A stretch of DNA of 63,404 nucleotides, filler included, from Folioceros fuciformis (taxonomy: Eukaryota): NCBI GenBank assembly GCA_049999805.1. It is 41 parts of 41 records of this genome, joined end to end, with 100 filler letters (N's around TTAATTAATTAA, not from the genome) between each part and the next. Parts side by side here need not be neighbours in the genome. Positions count along the whole stretch, not along the records: positions 1 to 2,812 come from JBNGIO010002495.1; positions 2,913 to 4,018 come from JBNGIO010002497.1; positions 4,119 to 8,392 come from JBNGIO010002498.1; positions 8,493 to 9,703 come from JBNGIO010002499.1; positions 9,804 to 10,884 come from JBNGIO010002500.1; positions 10,985 to 12,098 come from JBNGIO010002501.1; 35 more parts are not named here. One strand, given 5' to 3'. Under the pieces are notes generated by a model. That model did no database searches. It worked only from the letters and a program-made list of their open reading frames with translations, and was not told the DNA's origin. This document shows positions 1-11,769 of the stretch, piece after piece; the stretch's first letter is position 1, and each line of letters opens with the position of its first letter. The position numbers were made by a program, and so were the translations under genes.

Positions 1-321
1 GAGTTTCTGCACTCACTGCGAGGTACTGATCTACATGAGGCGTGAATCCACATGGTCTCTCATGAACATGATTTTAGGCCTGGTTTTAGGCCTGGTCTCC
101 GCATTTGCACCAAGTGGCAGATTAGGCATCTTGTCGCATCTGCACCGCTTTCTTTTTAGATCGGTTCACCCGCGATAAGAAGTGCATAGCTTTGAAAACC
201 TGATTTGAAACCTAGACTTCAAATCGACGAGTTTCGAATCCTTTCATCCCGGGTATGGAAATGCAGGTGTAGAGAGCGGGTGCAAAAACCCGGGTATGCG
301 TTCGGTATGCCCGAACCACAA

Positions 322-692
322 ACTGATGTTGCTATTATGTCGTGTATGTCGATATGAAGCCACGGTACATCGGGTTGCCGATGCACTGATGTTGCTACTA
401 TGTCGTGTATGTTGATATGAAGCCACGGTACATCGGGTTGCCGATGCACTGATGTTGCTACTATGTCGTGTATGTCGATATGAAGCCACGGTACATCGGG
501 TTGCCGATGCACTGATGTTGCTACTATGTCGTGTATGTTGATATGAAGCCACGTTACATCGGGCAACCCGATGCACATGTTGCTACTATGTCGTGTATGT
601 CGATATGAAGCCACGGTACATCGGGTTGCCGATGCACTGATGTTGCTACTATGTCGTGTATGTTGATATGAAGCCACGGTACTTCGGGTTGC
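322..692. repeat. 63-bp tandem repeat, about 6 copies
   Basis: Unit ACTGATGTTGCTACTATGTCGTGTATGT(C/T)GATATGAAGCCACGGTACATCGGGTTGCCGATGC. It explains the 21-aa periodicity of ORFs 219..677 and 244..576. Confidence 0.97.
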
Positions 693-2812
693 GCATTGGC
701 ACGGGTTTGCTGACCGTATTTGCCTTAATGGCCATCGGGTATTCTATGGGAAAGTGTTGAGAAGTGAGCACTCTATACTTAGATCTACAATACATCTACT
801 TATAGTTTAAGAAGGAGCTTATGTAAGAGTTTTCAACCCATACATCTATATTTGATTGAAATAATCATAAATTATCGTTTGTCATTGGACTATGTGTGGA
901 TTACTCAACATATGTCTGTCAAACACATGACCCACAAGTAAAGACTTTGTTATATCTTGTGGCATGTACATGAAGTAAATCTTCACAACCGTTTCTCTCG
1001 TGATAGGGGTGGCATTGCAACTTCTTCATCTTCATCATTTTTTGCAAGCTCTTCCCCTTGAGGGAATATTATATTGCATACTTTATCTTCAATGGGGACA
1101 AATGTTGTCTCCACTGGTCTTCTTGCTTTAAGTTGATGTACTCTTCACTCACGATTGGATATCCAACATCGAATGATGCCATATCATCATCCTTGTTCAG
1201 TCATTTTTCCCTTAGGAAAAAAAATCTAAAAGCCAGTTTTCTAAAAAACTAGAATTCCTAAGTAGTACTTTTCTCACTTGAGTTGGAGTCTCAAAGCCAT
1301 TTTTGTTGAAAAATGCCCATTATCTTCCAAGGTGTGGGGTCAAAGTTGTTAAGAAAAATGGGCTTTGCTGAGGTCTACCTACATGAGTTCTGAAAGATTC
1401 CTTACAGGGAGGTGTCCCAATTAACTTATTGCTACCCAAAATGAAAACTAATTTTATAGTTTTTAAAATAGAAAAAATACTCTTTCAATTGTGTCCATGT
1501 CTCATCAAGGACATGTACCAAAGCTGAAGATGCAGGAGGAGACTCTTTTGACATATGTTTGAATTAATTCCTTACAACTTAACATTATTGGTGGCAAGAG
1601 TGGTGATGGTACTTTGTCTACTTAAACATTGTCTGCAAGATTCTCAACTTGAGGAAGTAGGGAATTCCATACTTAACCATCAATGGCGACAAATGTTGTC
1701 TCCCCATGATGTACTCTTCATCATTCATGGTTGGATAGCCAACATTAGATGATATCATAGCATTTTCCTTGTTTTCAAATGTTAAGAATACCCAGGACCA
1801 GGATGATTTTGGTGAAGCACATTTGGAGTATCCAATGATGGGAATGAAATGACAAATCCTATTTGGGTGATTCATAGCATATTCCACCATGACATTTGAA
1901 TGTCGGCGATCATAGGTTGTAGCGTGTGTTGCTTGCACTATTGTATGTAGAGCACCTTATCACCTCCAAATCCAAGGAAGCATGCACACCACTCATCTGA
2001 CGTCGCAATGATTACCTCCTCAAGGTAGACAACATGCACATCATTCATCAAAACAAAGCACCTAGTGAAGTTGGAAGCATGAAGACCAAGTACATGAGGA
2101 GGTATAAGTCGGCGCTAAAACTCCAAGTCCATGGAACTTGGACACACTAGTGTAAATCTTAGGACAGCATGCTTTTTTTTGCACCCAGGAGGGGAAAACA
2201 ATGAAGACCTATTGAAAAGCACAACATGTTATTTGAAAGTAGTGTTATTTGAATGTGATTGAGGCAATAGGGGAAGAGTGAAAACTAGACATGAAGGGTG
2301 TGCACCACCTACAATCTGCCTTTGCAATGTGTTCAATATGCATACAAATGTTAGACAAATTGGCAAATATGCGAGTGGCAGAGACCAACAATGAGGGTAA
2401 CAAATCATCCAGAAAATCAACGAATTCCGTATTTGGAATGGCAAGTACGATATAAGCCGGCACACTCGAGAGTGGGGATAGATGGGGGAATCGTGGCGAT
2501 ATTGCAGGTGTTTGTTTGGAATCCAAGGGTGGGAGAAGAAAACGGTAAGCCCGCTCGAGAAAGCTGAAGGGAAGTGGCAGCTTCTGCTGTGAACATGGGG
2601 CCCCTCGCATCCGAGGCATCGACTTTTGTCGGCAGGGAGGCAATGGCGCACGGAGCAGCCACCTCGTTGAACAAGTGGACGTTGGCGTCTGTACAGGAGG
2701 CAATCGTTGGAAGGATAGGCCAGCCAAGAAACATTGAAGTGGATGCGGTCATCCGCGCAGTCGAGACCTCCCGGTTCCTCCTGTACGTTGGCTGCAACAA
2801 CTGCAAGACGGC

Positions 2813-2912
2813 NNNNNNNNNNNNNNNNNNNNNNNNNNNNNNNNNNNNNNNNNNNNTTAATTAATTAANNNNNNNNNNNNNNNNNNNNNNNNNNNNNNNN
2901 NNNNNNNNNNNN
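2813..2912. other. Artificial contig-joining linker (44 N + TTAATTAATTAA + 44 N), first of 40 copies
   Basis: Identical 100-nt cassette with stops in all six frames, starting at 2813, 4019, 8393, 9704, 10885, 12099, 13546, 14682, 15809, 17443, 18735, 19992, 21391, 22564, 24190, 25743, 27266, 28868, 30511, 32241, 33405, 34507, 35958, 37782, 39584, 40883, 42883, 45960, 47127, 48591, 49868, 51602, 53363, 54652, 56089, 57493, 58678, 59901, 61052, 62161. Base composition changes abruptly across many linkers. Confidence 0.99.
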
Positions 2913-3040
2913 TGGCCTCGGGCGCGGGATTCGCGCCTGTGGGGATCCCGCCCGCGTGGAGCCTGCCTGCGGCGACGCCAAGCCCACCTGCGCATAGGTG
3001 GAGCCCGCCTGAGTGCGCGCCTCCAGCAATCACATCACCA

Positions 3041-3263
3041 GCGCCTGTTGATTTCTCCAGGCCTGAGCCTGATGGTTTCTCTGGCCGTGCGCCCGCTGAT
3101 TTTTCCGGCCGTGCGCCCGTTGATTTCTCTGGCCGTGCGCCCGCTGATTTCTCTGGCCGTGCGCCCGCTGATTTCTCCGGCCGTGCGCCCGCTGATTTCT
3201 CCGGCCGTGCGCCCGCTGATTTCTTCGGCCGTACGCCCATTGATTTCTCCAGCCGTGCGCCTG
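3041..3263. repeat. 24-bp GC-rich tandem repeat, about 9 copies
   Basis: Unit GCGCCCGCTGATTTCTCYGGCCGT. Open in several frames (APADFSGR, AGARPEKS), so coding status is unresolved. Confidence 0.93.
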
Positions 3264-4164
3264 CGCCCTCCACCGGCAAGAAGCCGGATCTTGAGGTGCG
3301 CACTTTGGGATCTGGGCGCCCGGACCTGCGTGCCGGCCTACGCCCAAACCCAGCCAAGATGGGGAGGGGGGAGATCTGAAGGTGACAGCTTGAGCACTGG
3401 GTAGATTCTCCATTCTCGAAGTCACATCTGGGCTGGAATTGGATAGGAGTTTGGTGCTGGGCATGGTTCGGGCTCTGTTCCTACTTCTGGCTCAGATCTA
3501 TCTCTCCCTTCAAAGCAGTGGAAATAGCAACCGCTCGTTGGGCTTTGAGAATCCGCAAGAGGCTGGAGGAGGAGCGCTTCCAGCTGAAAAACTTCTTGGC
3601 GGGCGGTGTCGGGGATCTCCCTGAGGCAAAATTGTGGCTTGATCCTGAGGAGGTGATGCAAATTGGATCATGGAGGCGTTCTTTCCGGTAGGGAGGTGTT
3701 GGCGCCCGGCAAACTTCTCGAAGTGATGTATGGCCTGCCAGAGATGCTGGATGAGAGACGGCTCTCCTGGGAGGTGATTGCGAGATCCTTCTCCGGCACG
3801 TTTTCTTCGAGACTGCTGGGGAGTCGAAGGTTGATGATGATGGCGCCCCCTTCGTGGCTGGCCACGGCCCCTAGAACCGCTGCGCGGTGGGGCTCTCCTC
3901 GCCATGGGGATTAGGGGCACCTAGGACAGAAGCAGGGAATGGCAGGAGGAGAAAAAAATGGGAGGGATCGGACGCCGCTCCCCTTCGTTCTGTTTGAAGC
4001 CGTTGGGCAGAGCGCCATNNNNNNNNNNNNNNNNNNNNNNNNNNNNNNNNNNNNNNNNNNNNTTAATTAATTAANNNNNNNNNNNNNNNNNNNNNNNNNN
4101 NNNNNNNNNNNNNNNNNNTTATTCTATTGTTTCTCTTCTATCTAATTGCTATAGATTCTCATCA

Positions 4165-4176
4165 TGGTATCAGAGC
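4165..4176 (+). promoter_or_regulatory. Primer binding site complementary to tRNA-iMet 3' end
   Basis: TGGTATCAGAGC immediately after LTR-terminal CA. Confidence 0.93.
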
Positions 4177-4544
4177 ATTTTGCTCTCTATCATGCAATTA
4201 CAGCTTCAAGCATCTAAGGAGCGCATGTAGGAGACATCTTTCCAATCTAGCATCTTGCTAGATGGATTGTATTTCTTCTATAATTGTAGCTCTTTTATGT
4301 TTTCTCCTTATGCAAATGTCTCTTTTCCAATAATGCTTTATATGCACTAATTCTTCTTCCTCTCTTCATGGATTTAATTTCCCTTAGTTGGAGGAAGCCT
4401 AGAATTGGGAAAAGAGATTGCCCTGCAAGACAACAACAACACGCAAAGCCTATAATGGTTACCGCGTCAGGAAGAAATTTCAATCTTGCAAGAGAAAAAA
4501 TGGAAAGCTGCACTCTGGAGGCTTAGCCCTCCAAATCACCTGCT

Positions 4545-7500
4545 ATGGCTGGAGTATCCAATACAGAAGAAGAAGAAATTTCCACGTCACCAAACAATCC
4601 CTTGAACAATTCCTCAGGGAATTCTAATCAAACAATGATTACTCATTTTGGTGACAGCTTTAAAGAGAAGGACAGATTCAATGGAAGAAATTATTATGTT
4701 TGGGCCATACGGATGAAGGGAGCCTTACGACAGCGCGATCTCTGGGAGATAGTCGATGGAAGACTTCCCAGACCCACTGGAGGTTTTGAATCACATCTTC
4801 GAAGTTCCTGGGATGTCAGGGACGAGAAGGCACAAGACCTTATAATCAGTGGACTTTCTGAGCAAATGGTGATACAAGTAGGTCATGCAAAGACCTCCCA
4901 CGACATGTGGATTCACCTTGCCCAACTTTACTCCTCCATGGATGTAATGAGTATCGTTGCTGCCTCCCGTAATTTCCGCAACCTCAACATGAAAGAATCT
5001 GATTCCATTGAACGTCATATAAACAATTTCCGACTAGCACGATCTCAACTTGAGGCTGCAAGTGGCATTCCTGTCCACGAGTTGGAAGCGTATGTTATCC
5101 TTCTATCTTCTTTACCACCTTCTTATAGAGCTTTTGTTACAACTCAAAATGCTATACTCCGTAATGCACGACGTGAGGCAGATGAGAATCCACAAGCAGA
5201 AATTAAGCTCAGTATCGCCGAGCTCATAGGAGCATTGATGCAAGAGGAATCAAGTCGGCGACACTCCAGAACCAATAAACAACAGGTGATGTTTACTGGA
5301 AGGGGCACTGGAAGAGGACGAGGCAGAGGCCGAGGTTCAGTTTCACAACGACCCCAGACTTCCAATGACAACTCTCGAAGTCGAGAGACTTCTTCTTCAA
5401 CACCTGCTAAAGGTACCAAGAAGAAAGGCATTATTTGCAATTGGTGCAGAATTCCAAATCATATGGAGAAGGACTGTTACAAGAAGAAAAATGGTGAGCC
5501 TAGAAAGGAGGCCCCACCTGGAGCACATGTTGCCGTGAAGAAACAATCTTCCACAACGCCATCAGCTCTCACTGTATGTTTGACATTATCAAAGTCAACA
5601 AATCCAAATTGGTACTTGGACAGTGGAGCTACATCACACATCTGTCACAGCAGAAACTCTTTTGAGTCCTATTCACCAGTATCAGGACACCAGACTGTCC
5701 TACTGGGTGATGACCATAACCTTCCCATCTCTGGTGTAGGTACAGTCGCTCTCAGATGTTCTTTAGGTCAAATTCTTTCTCTTTTAATTGTCCTTCATGT
5801 ACCATCCATGTGTAAAAACTTAGTGTCAGCCGCTAGTTTATGTTCACAACATAACTTACAAGTTATTTTAGATGCAGATAGTTGTCTCATCTCTTACTTT
5901 CCAAGTGATTCACTAATTCTCTGCTCAGGCACTTTAGAGGACGGATTATACAAACTGTCTGTCCGAGTGGGAACAACACAAGATAGAATACATATTGCCT
6001 CTCAAAATTCTCACACTTCAAATACAACAGTTCTTTGGCATTGTAGGTTAGGTCATCCTAATAGCCAAAAACTAGTACAAATGTCAAAGGGAAATCTTTA
6101 TAGAAACCCTTCCCTTACAAAGATAGAACCTCTATCATGGTGTGAATCTTGTGTAGTTACGAAGAGACATCAAGCACCCTTCAAAAACCACTCTCCCCAG
6201 CGGGCTAAAGTACCTCTTGAATTAGTTCACACAGATATTTGCGGCCCAATATCTGCACCATCCTTTAGTGGTTGCAGATATTTTCTTACTTTCATTGATG
6301 ATTTCTCCCGCTTCACAACAACATATACTCTTAGACATAAGAGTGAAGCTTTTCAACACTTCAAAGACTATATAATGTGGGCGGAGAGACTTACTGAGAA
6401 GAAACTCAAGACACTTCGTTCAGATAATGGTGGCGAGTTCACTTCCAATGCTTTTACCGACTTTTGTCGAGCACAAGGCATTGCTCAACAACTAACGGTG
6501 GTGTATACACCCCAACAAAATGGCGTAGCCGAGAACAAGAATCTCCGCCTTCAAGAAGTCACAGGTTGCCTACTCACCCAAGCAAGGTTACCAAAATTAT
6601 ATTGGGCTGAAGCAATGATAACAGCAACCTATATTATCAACCGACTTCCAACTTCAGCAGTTAAAGGCATGACCCCATATGAAGCACTTACTGGCAGAAA
6701 ACCTTCCATCGATCATCTTCGAGTATTTGGCTGTGATGCATATGTTTATATCCCTAAATCACAGCGCAAAAAGTTAGATGATAAGGCTGCCAAGTATACC
6801 TTCATTGGTTATACCGAAGGTATTAAAGGATATAAATTAATTGATCCAACTACCAAACGACTCATATACACAAGGAGCGTTACCTTTCATGAGTCTCCCC
6901 TTTTATCACCGGCAGGCTCTAGATCTCCAGTCTACGTCCCCGATGATAATTATGCGGCTACACCTTTTGATGATGATGAATATATTAGTTTTCATTATTC
7001 TCCTTCCTCTCCTTTGGTGAGACCCATTGAACAGGAAGAGGAGGAGCCACCTTCTCCATGACGACCCACGACTCCAGATCCAGACATGGAAATTCCTCAA
7101 CACATTGACGATATCCATGATATCCCGGATGATAACTTCTCCGAGCCTGAAAATCTGGATCAAGAACAGCCGATTCTCCCCATAGATGAACCAGCTCTTG
7201 GAGTATCAGAAGAAGAAAACTCTTCAGAACAAGTCGTTAATGAAGAAGAACAACAAGTACCAAGGTACAACCTAAGAACTAGACCTACTGTCTCAGGACC
7301 CGCAGGATGGAAAGAACCACCTTTAGGATACCTTACCACATTTGATGACCCCTCCTCACCTTTCTCCCATTTCCATCAGTCGGTTTATAAGGCTACAGTT
7401 GATCCTGAAGAACCGCTAACCTTGAAACAAGCATTTTCCTCTCCTGAGAAAAACCAGTGGAAGGTAGCAGTAGATTCGGAATACAACTCCTTGGTGAAAA

Positions 7501-8343
7501 ATTCCACATGGGAATTAGTTAAACCACCTAAAGGGAGAAAAATAATGGGAAGTAAATGGGTATTCAAAATAAAACGTAAGGGTGATGGTTCCATTGAGCG
7601 ATATAAGGCGAGGCTGGTAGCCAGAGGGTTTACCCAAATACCGGGTTTAGATTACACACCCTGGGCTACCTATGCACCAGTAGCAAAGTTTGCCTCCCTC
7701 AGAATTATAATAGCCTTATCCGCACAACATGACTTACATCTTCACATGATGGACGTCAAAACTGCCTATTTGCATGGACGAATCCAAGAAGAAATATACA
7801 TGAGACAACCTGAAGGCTATGAAGTCAAGGGTAAAGAAGACCATGTATGCAAGCTCATTAAAGGCATTTATGGCCTTAAGCAATCTGGCAAGGAATGGAA
7901 CAATGATATACATGACAAGCTTACAAAATATGGCTTTATACAAAGCAAAGCAGATGCCAGCATGTATATCCTCAAGACTAAACAGTCGACAATTTACCTC
8001 TTGTTATATGTGGATGACTTATTTTTAGCATCATCCTCACTCTCCCACCTAGCTGAAATTAAAGCATGGTTGAGAAGTCATTATGAAATGACTGACATGG
8101 GACTTACTTATGCCCTTGGCGTAAATATTATAAGAGATAGAGGTAATAAAACCATTTCCTTGGTTCAAACAAAATATATAAAAGAAAGTTTGAAGAAGTT
8201 TCAACTTGAAGATGCTAAGCCAGCAGCCACACCATTTCCTAGTGGCACAAGGCTTACAGCAGATATGAGCCCTAAAACAGATGCAGAAAAGGCAGAAATG
8301 TCAACAGTGCCATACCGACACGCTGTTGGCACTTTAATATACT
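4545..8343 (+). pseudogene. Copia Gag-Pol polyprotein with one in-frame TGA (7059-7061), 3'-truncated
   Basis: Motifs: zinc knuckle CNWCRIPNHMEKDC; protease WYLDSGATSH; integrase HHCC (WHCRLGH...CESC) and DDE (HTDICG, RSDNGGEF, NGVAE); RT (KARLVARGFTQ, MDVKTAYLHG, YGLKQS, YVDD). ORFs 4545..7061 and 7086..8381 share a frame. Homology ends after AVGTLIYL. Confidence 0.95.
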
Positions 8344-8492
8344 TGTTGCCCACAAATTTTACACCAACCAAACTATCTTAGTCTCAACATTGNNNNNNNN
8401 NNNNNNNNNNNNNNNNNNNNNNNNNNNNNNNNNNNNTTAATTAATTAANNNNNNNNNNNNNNNNNNNNNNNNNNNNNNNNNNNNNNNNNNNN

Positions 8493-9703
8493 ATACTAGT
8501 TATTAGATAAAGTAGCTTTTTATATAAGTATTACTAAGTAAATATAGTTAATTACTAAAAGATTTAAATTCTAATATTCGTAAGTATATATTTATTAAGA
8601 ACTACTACTAATAACTTATATAAATTCTTATAATTACTATAGCTATATTTTTTTAAATAATAGCTTAAGCTAGTATTAATCTCTTTAGTTTTATACTCTA
8701 CTTTTCTATTTCTAGAATATCTAGAAAAGTTTATTTCTATATAGATATAGCTATAGTCTACTTATATATTTTATACTATATATATCTTATATATCTTAAT
8801 AATAGAAGTTATATAATAGTAGAAGAATAGTAAAGCTATTAATTAGAGTTAGAAGTCTTATAAAGTAAAATAAAGTTTTCTCTATAAATATTTTTAATCT
8901 TTCTTCTAAGCTAGCTTACTATCTTTACTACTCTTAGTATAATATTAATTATAATTAAAAAGCTACCTAAATTATATAAAAAGATAATATTTACGTATAT
9001 TTAGTTTATATATATTAAGATACGTAGCTTTCTTCTAGGCTAAGTAATTCTATAGTAGTAATAGTAAGCTATAACTTAGTACTAAAACTATATTATCTAA
9101 TTATAGAAAATATATAGTAATATTAATTAGTTACTAGATAAGACTTATAAGCTTATAAGTACTATATATTCTTAACTATTATACTTATATAAGTAATAAA
9201 ATAACTAATAAAAGCTTACTATAGATATATAAAAATAGTTATTAGTTTTTAACTTTTTTAGTATAGGCTTACTACTAGATTAGTACTAAATTACTAATTC
9301 TAATTAACTATATTTTAGTAAGAAATAAATAAGAGTATAAAGTATATAGCTAATATATTAGATATATAGATAAGTAGACTATTAAAGCTAAATTTATTAA
9401 TATTAGAAAATATAAAAATATACTTATATTAATTTATTCTAACTTAGTCTAGCTAGATTACTATTATATTTCTAGAAATTAAAGCTACGTATATTATTTA
9501 TTAGTACTATAAGATAACTTATAAAATATTAATATAGTATCTAAAGTAATATTTATTTATTATAATAATACTAAGACTTCTAATATACTACTATACTTTC
9601 TCTACTAACTTAGAACTAATTTTAGATACTTTTATAAGTTTAAAAAGTATTAATCTTACTTATTTATATATAACTATCTAGTACTATATATACTATATAT
9701 AAT
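8493..9703. repeat. RIP-mutated fungal repeat DNA
   Basis: Extremely AT-rich, CpA/TpG dinucleotides essentially absent, TpA in excess, no ORFs. Confidence 0.88.
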
Positions 9704-9803
9704 NNNNNNNNNNNNNNNNNNNNNNNNNNNNNNNNNNNNNNNNNNNNTTAATTAATTAANNNNNNNNNNNNNNNNNNNNNNNNNNNNNNNNNNNNNNNNN
9801 NNN

Positions 9804-10884
9804 GTATATATTAGAATACTAGTAATATTTTTAATATAGCTTATTTACTATATAATACTCTTTATATATATAGCTTTAGAAGCTATAAAGTTATTTTATA
9901 AGCTTTATTATAGTTCTTTTAGCTAGCTTCTATAGAATACTATTAGACCTAGTAGCTACTTCTTTAATAAGTTTCTTTCTACTAGTATTAGAGATTAGCC
10001 TATAAGATAGAGAATATAAGAATAAGTATAGTATAGTATTAGATACTTCTATAAGAATAGCTAACTAGTAGCTACTTTTAGTAGCTACTAGAAGTTTCTA
10101 TAATATATTTACTAGATCTTTATTTTCCTTTATATTTTTCTAACTAGAGTATATCTCTACTAGTATATAGTCTTAATCTAGCTCTTTATCTTTAAGCTCT
10201 ATAGTCTCTTTAAGCTACTATAGAATCTCTACTTTATATTTATCTTATTCTTAGTTCTATTCTTATTTATTAAGTTAGAGCTACTTAAGTTATATAGTAA
10301 ACTTAGTATTTAGTTTATTAGTATATAGATACTATAAATAGTTTTTATACTTAGTTACTTATAGTAGTTTATATAGTAACTTACTATATAGATTTAGAGT
10401 ATTTTATAGAATAGAGATATTAGAGCTTATATAAAGCCTAATATTAGATAGAGTTTTAGTAGATATACTTAAAGAAGAAGTAGGCTTATAGAGTATAAAT
10501 ACTAGAAAAGTCTAAAGTTATTAGTTATATTATTTCTAGTTATACTTATTCTATTATATAGCCTCTAAGGCTACTTCTATAGTAGTATATTTCTTTAGCC
10601 TATCTATTATACGTACTAAGTAGCTTTACGTATTTTAGAAATAATAGAGTAACTTATTCTAAGTTACTTTATACTCTTTTTTTTCTTAATATAGTAAAAT
10701 AGTATATATTAATTAACTATTTATTATATAATAATAACCTTTAACTTAATAATAATATAATAAATATAATAATAAAGTTAGACTCCTATAATATAGCTTA
10801 GAATACTAGTAGTAAGGTAGAAGAAGTATATATAAGTATTTAGTTATTATTTTATAATAATTTAGTATAGATACTACTACTTTT
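9804..10884. repeat. RIP-mutated fungal repeat DNA
   Basis: Same CpA/TpG depletion and TAG/CTA/TAA excess. Confidence 0.88.
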
Positions 10885-10986
10885 NNNNNNNNNNNNNNNN
10901 NNNNNNNNNNNNNNNNNNNNNNNNNNNNTTAATTAATTAANNNNNNNNNNNNNNNNNNNNNNNNNNNNNNNNNNNNNNNNNNNNTT

Positions 10987-11769
10987 GGAGTTGGATTATT
11001 GGAGCATGAATCATCCCAACCTGTTGGAGCCAATTACAATGAGGCATTGCAACTCTCAATGAATGCTCTTGGAGTTGGATTCGAGTATGAAGACGACATC
11101 TCTATCACTCTTGGGATTGGATTCGACCATGAAGTCAATGCCTCTATCATCCAACGTGCACAAAATTTGGACTCTATTGTACCACATGCAACATCTACTT
11201 ATTTCGAAGGACTTGGGGCAAATATTTTAAGAATCTTGCAAGAAATGGTTGAAACGCAATATGCAAAGATACAATATGAATACATTGCAAAGGATGGACA
11301 GGAGTACGAAGGTGTCACGAGTAAACCCATGAATGACACATTCAATTGTTATGTTTGGCATCATACTTCATTTGATGAGAAACTTTCTCACTCAAATGGT
11401 CCACTCAAAATATGCTGCAAACAAAGAGTAAAACCATACCCACAAATTGAAAAGAAAAGAAAGACCGGTGAATGGGAGCAATACTATTGTGGAAGTTATC
11501 TAAGTGCAGCACTAGCTGCTTGTGTTTCGGATAGGATGCAGATTAAGATGTATCTTTGTGGGGTTCGAGTTGAGAGAGCATTCAAATCAAGTTCCATTAA
11601 ACCATATAAAATCACCGTCGACGACATGTGTGAACCCAAGGTGCATGCAATAACAAATGTACAAAGAATATCACCAATATCTATTAGACCAATCAATCAT
11701 GCACAAGTAGGCTTGCAATGGGCAACGATGTTGAAAGGGGCTTTCTTAAATTTATGTTCACAAATTTGA
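10987..11769 (+). CDS. 5'-partial hypothetical protein with degenerate AP2-like motif
   Basis: Frame is open from the contig edge for about 260 codons. N-terminal (L)G(V/I)G(F/L)xxE repeats. EQYYCGSYLSAALAACVSDRMQIKM resembles the AP2 segment xQVYLGxFxTAxxAARAYDxAAIK. Confidence 0.4.
   Translation, partial: GVGLLEHESSQPVGANYNEALQLSMNALGVGFEYEDDISITLGIGFDHEVNASIIQRAQNLDSIVPHATSTYFEGLGANILRILQEMVETQYAKIQYEYIAKDGQEYEGVTSKPMNDTFNCYVWHHTSFDEKLSHSNGPLKICCKQRVKPYPQIEKKRKTGEWEQYYCGSYLSAALAACVSDRMQIKMYLCGVRVERAFKSSSIKPYKITVDDMCEPKVHAITNVQRISPISIRPINHAQVGLQWATMLKGAFLNLCSQI

Larger units (their letters stand above)
4119..8343 (+). mobile_element. Ty1/Copia LTR retrotransposon (3' end of 5' LTR, PBS, gag-pol; truncated in RT)
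   Basis: LTR ends ...CA at 4164, directly followed by the PBS. Domain order gag-PR-IN-RT is diagnostic of Copia. Confidence 0.97.

Noticed and set aside
219-677. Repeat-protein ORFs 219..677 and 244..576
   Set aside because: By-products of a 63-bp repeat that happens to lack stops; no ATG start or domain support
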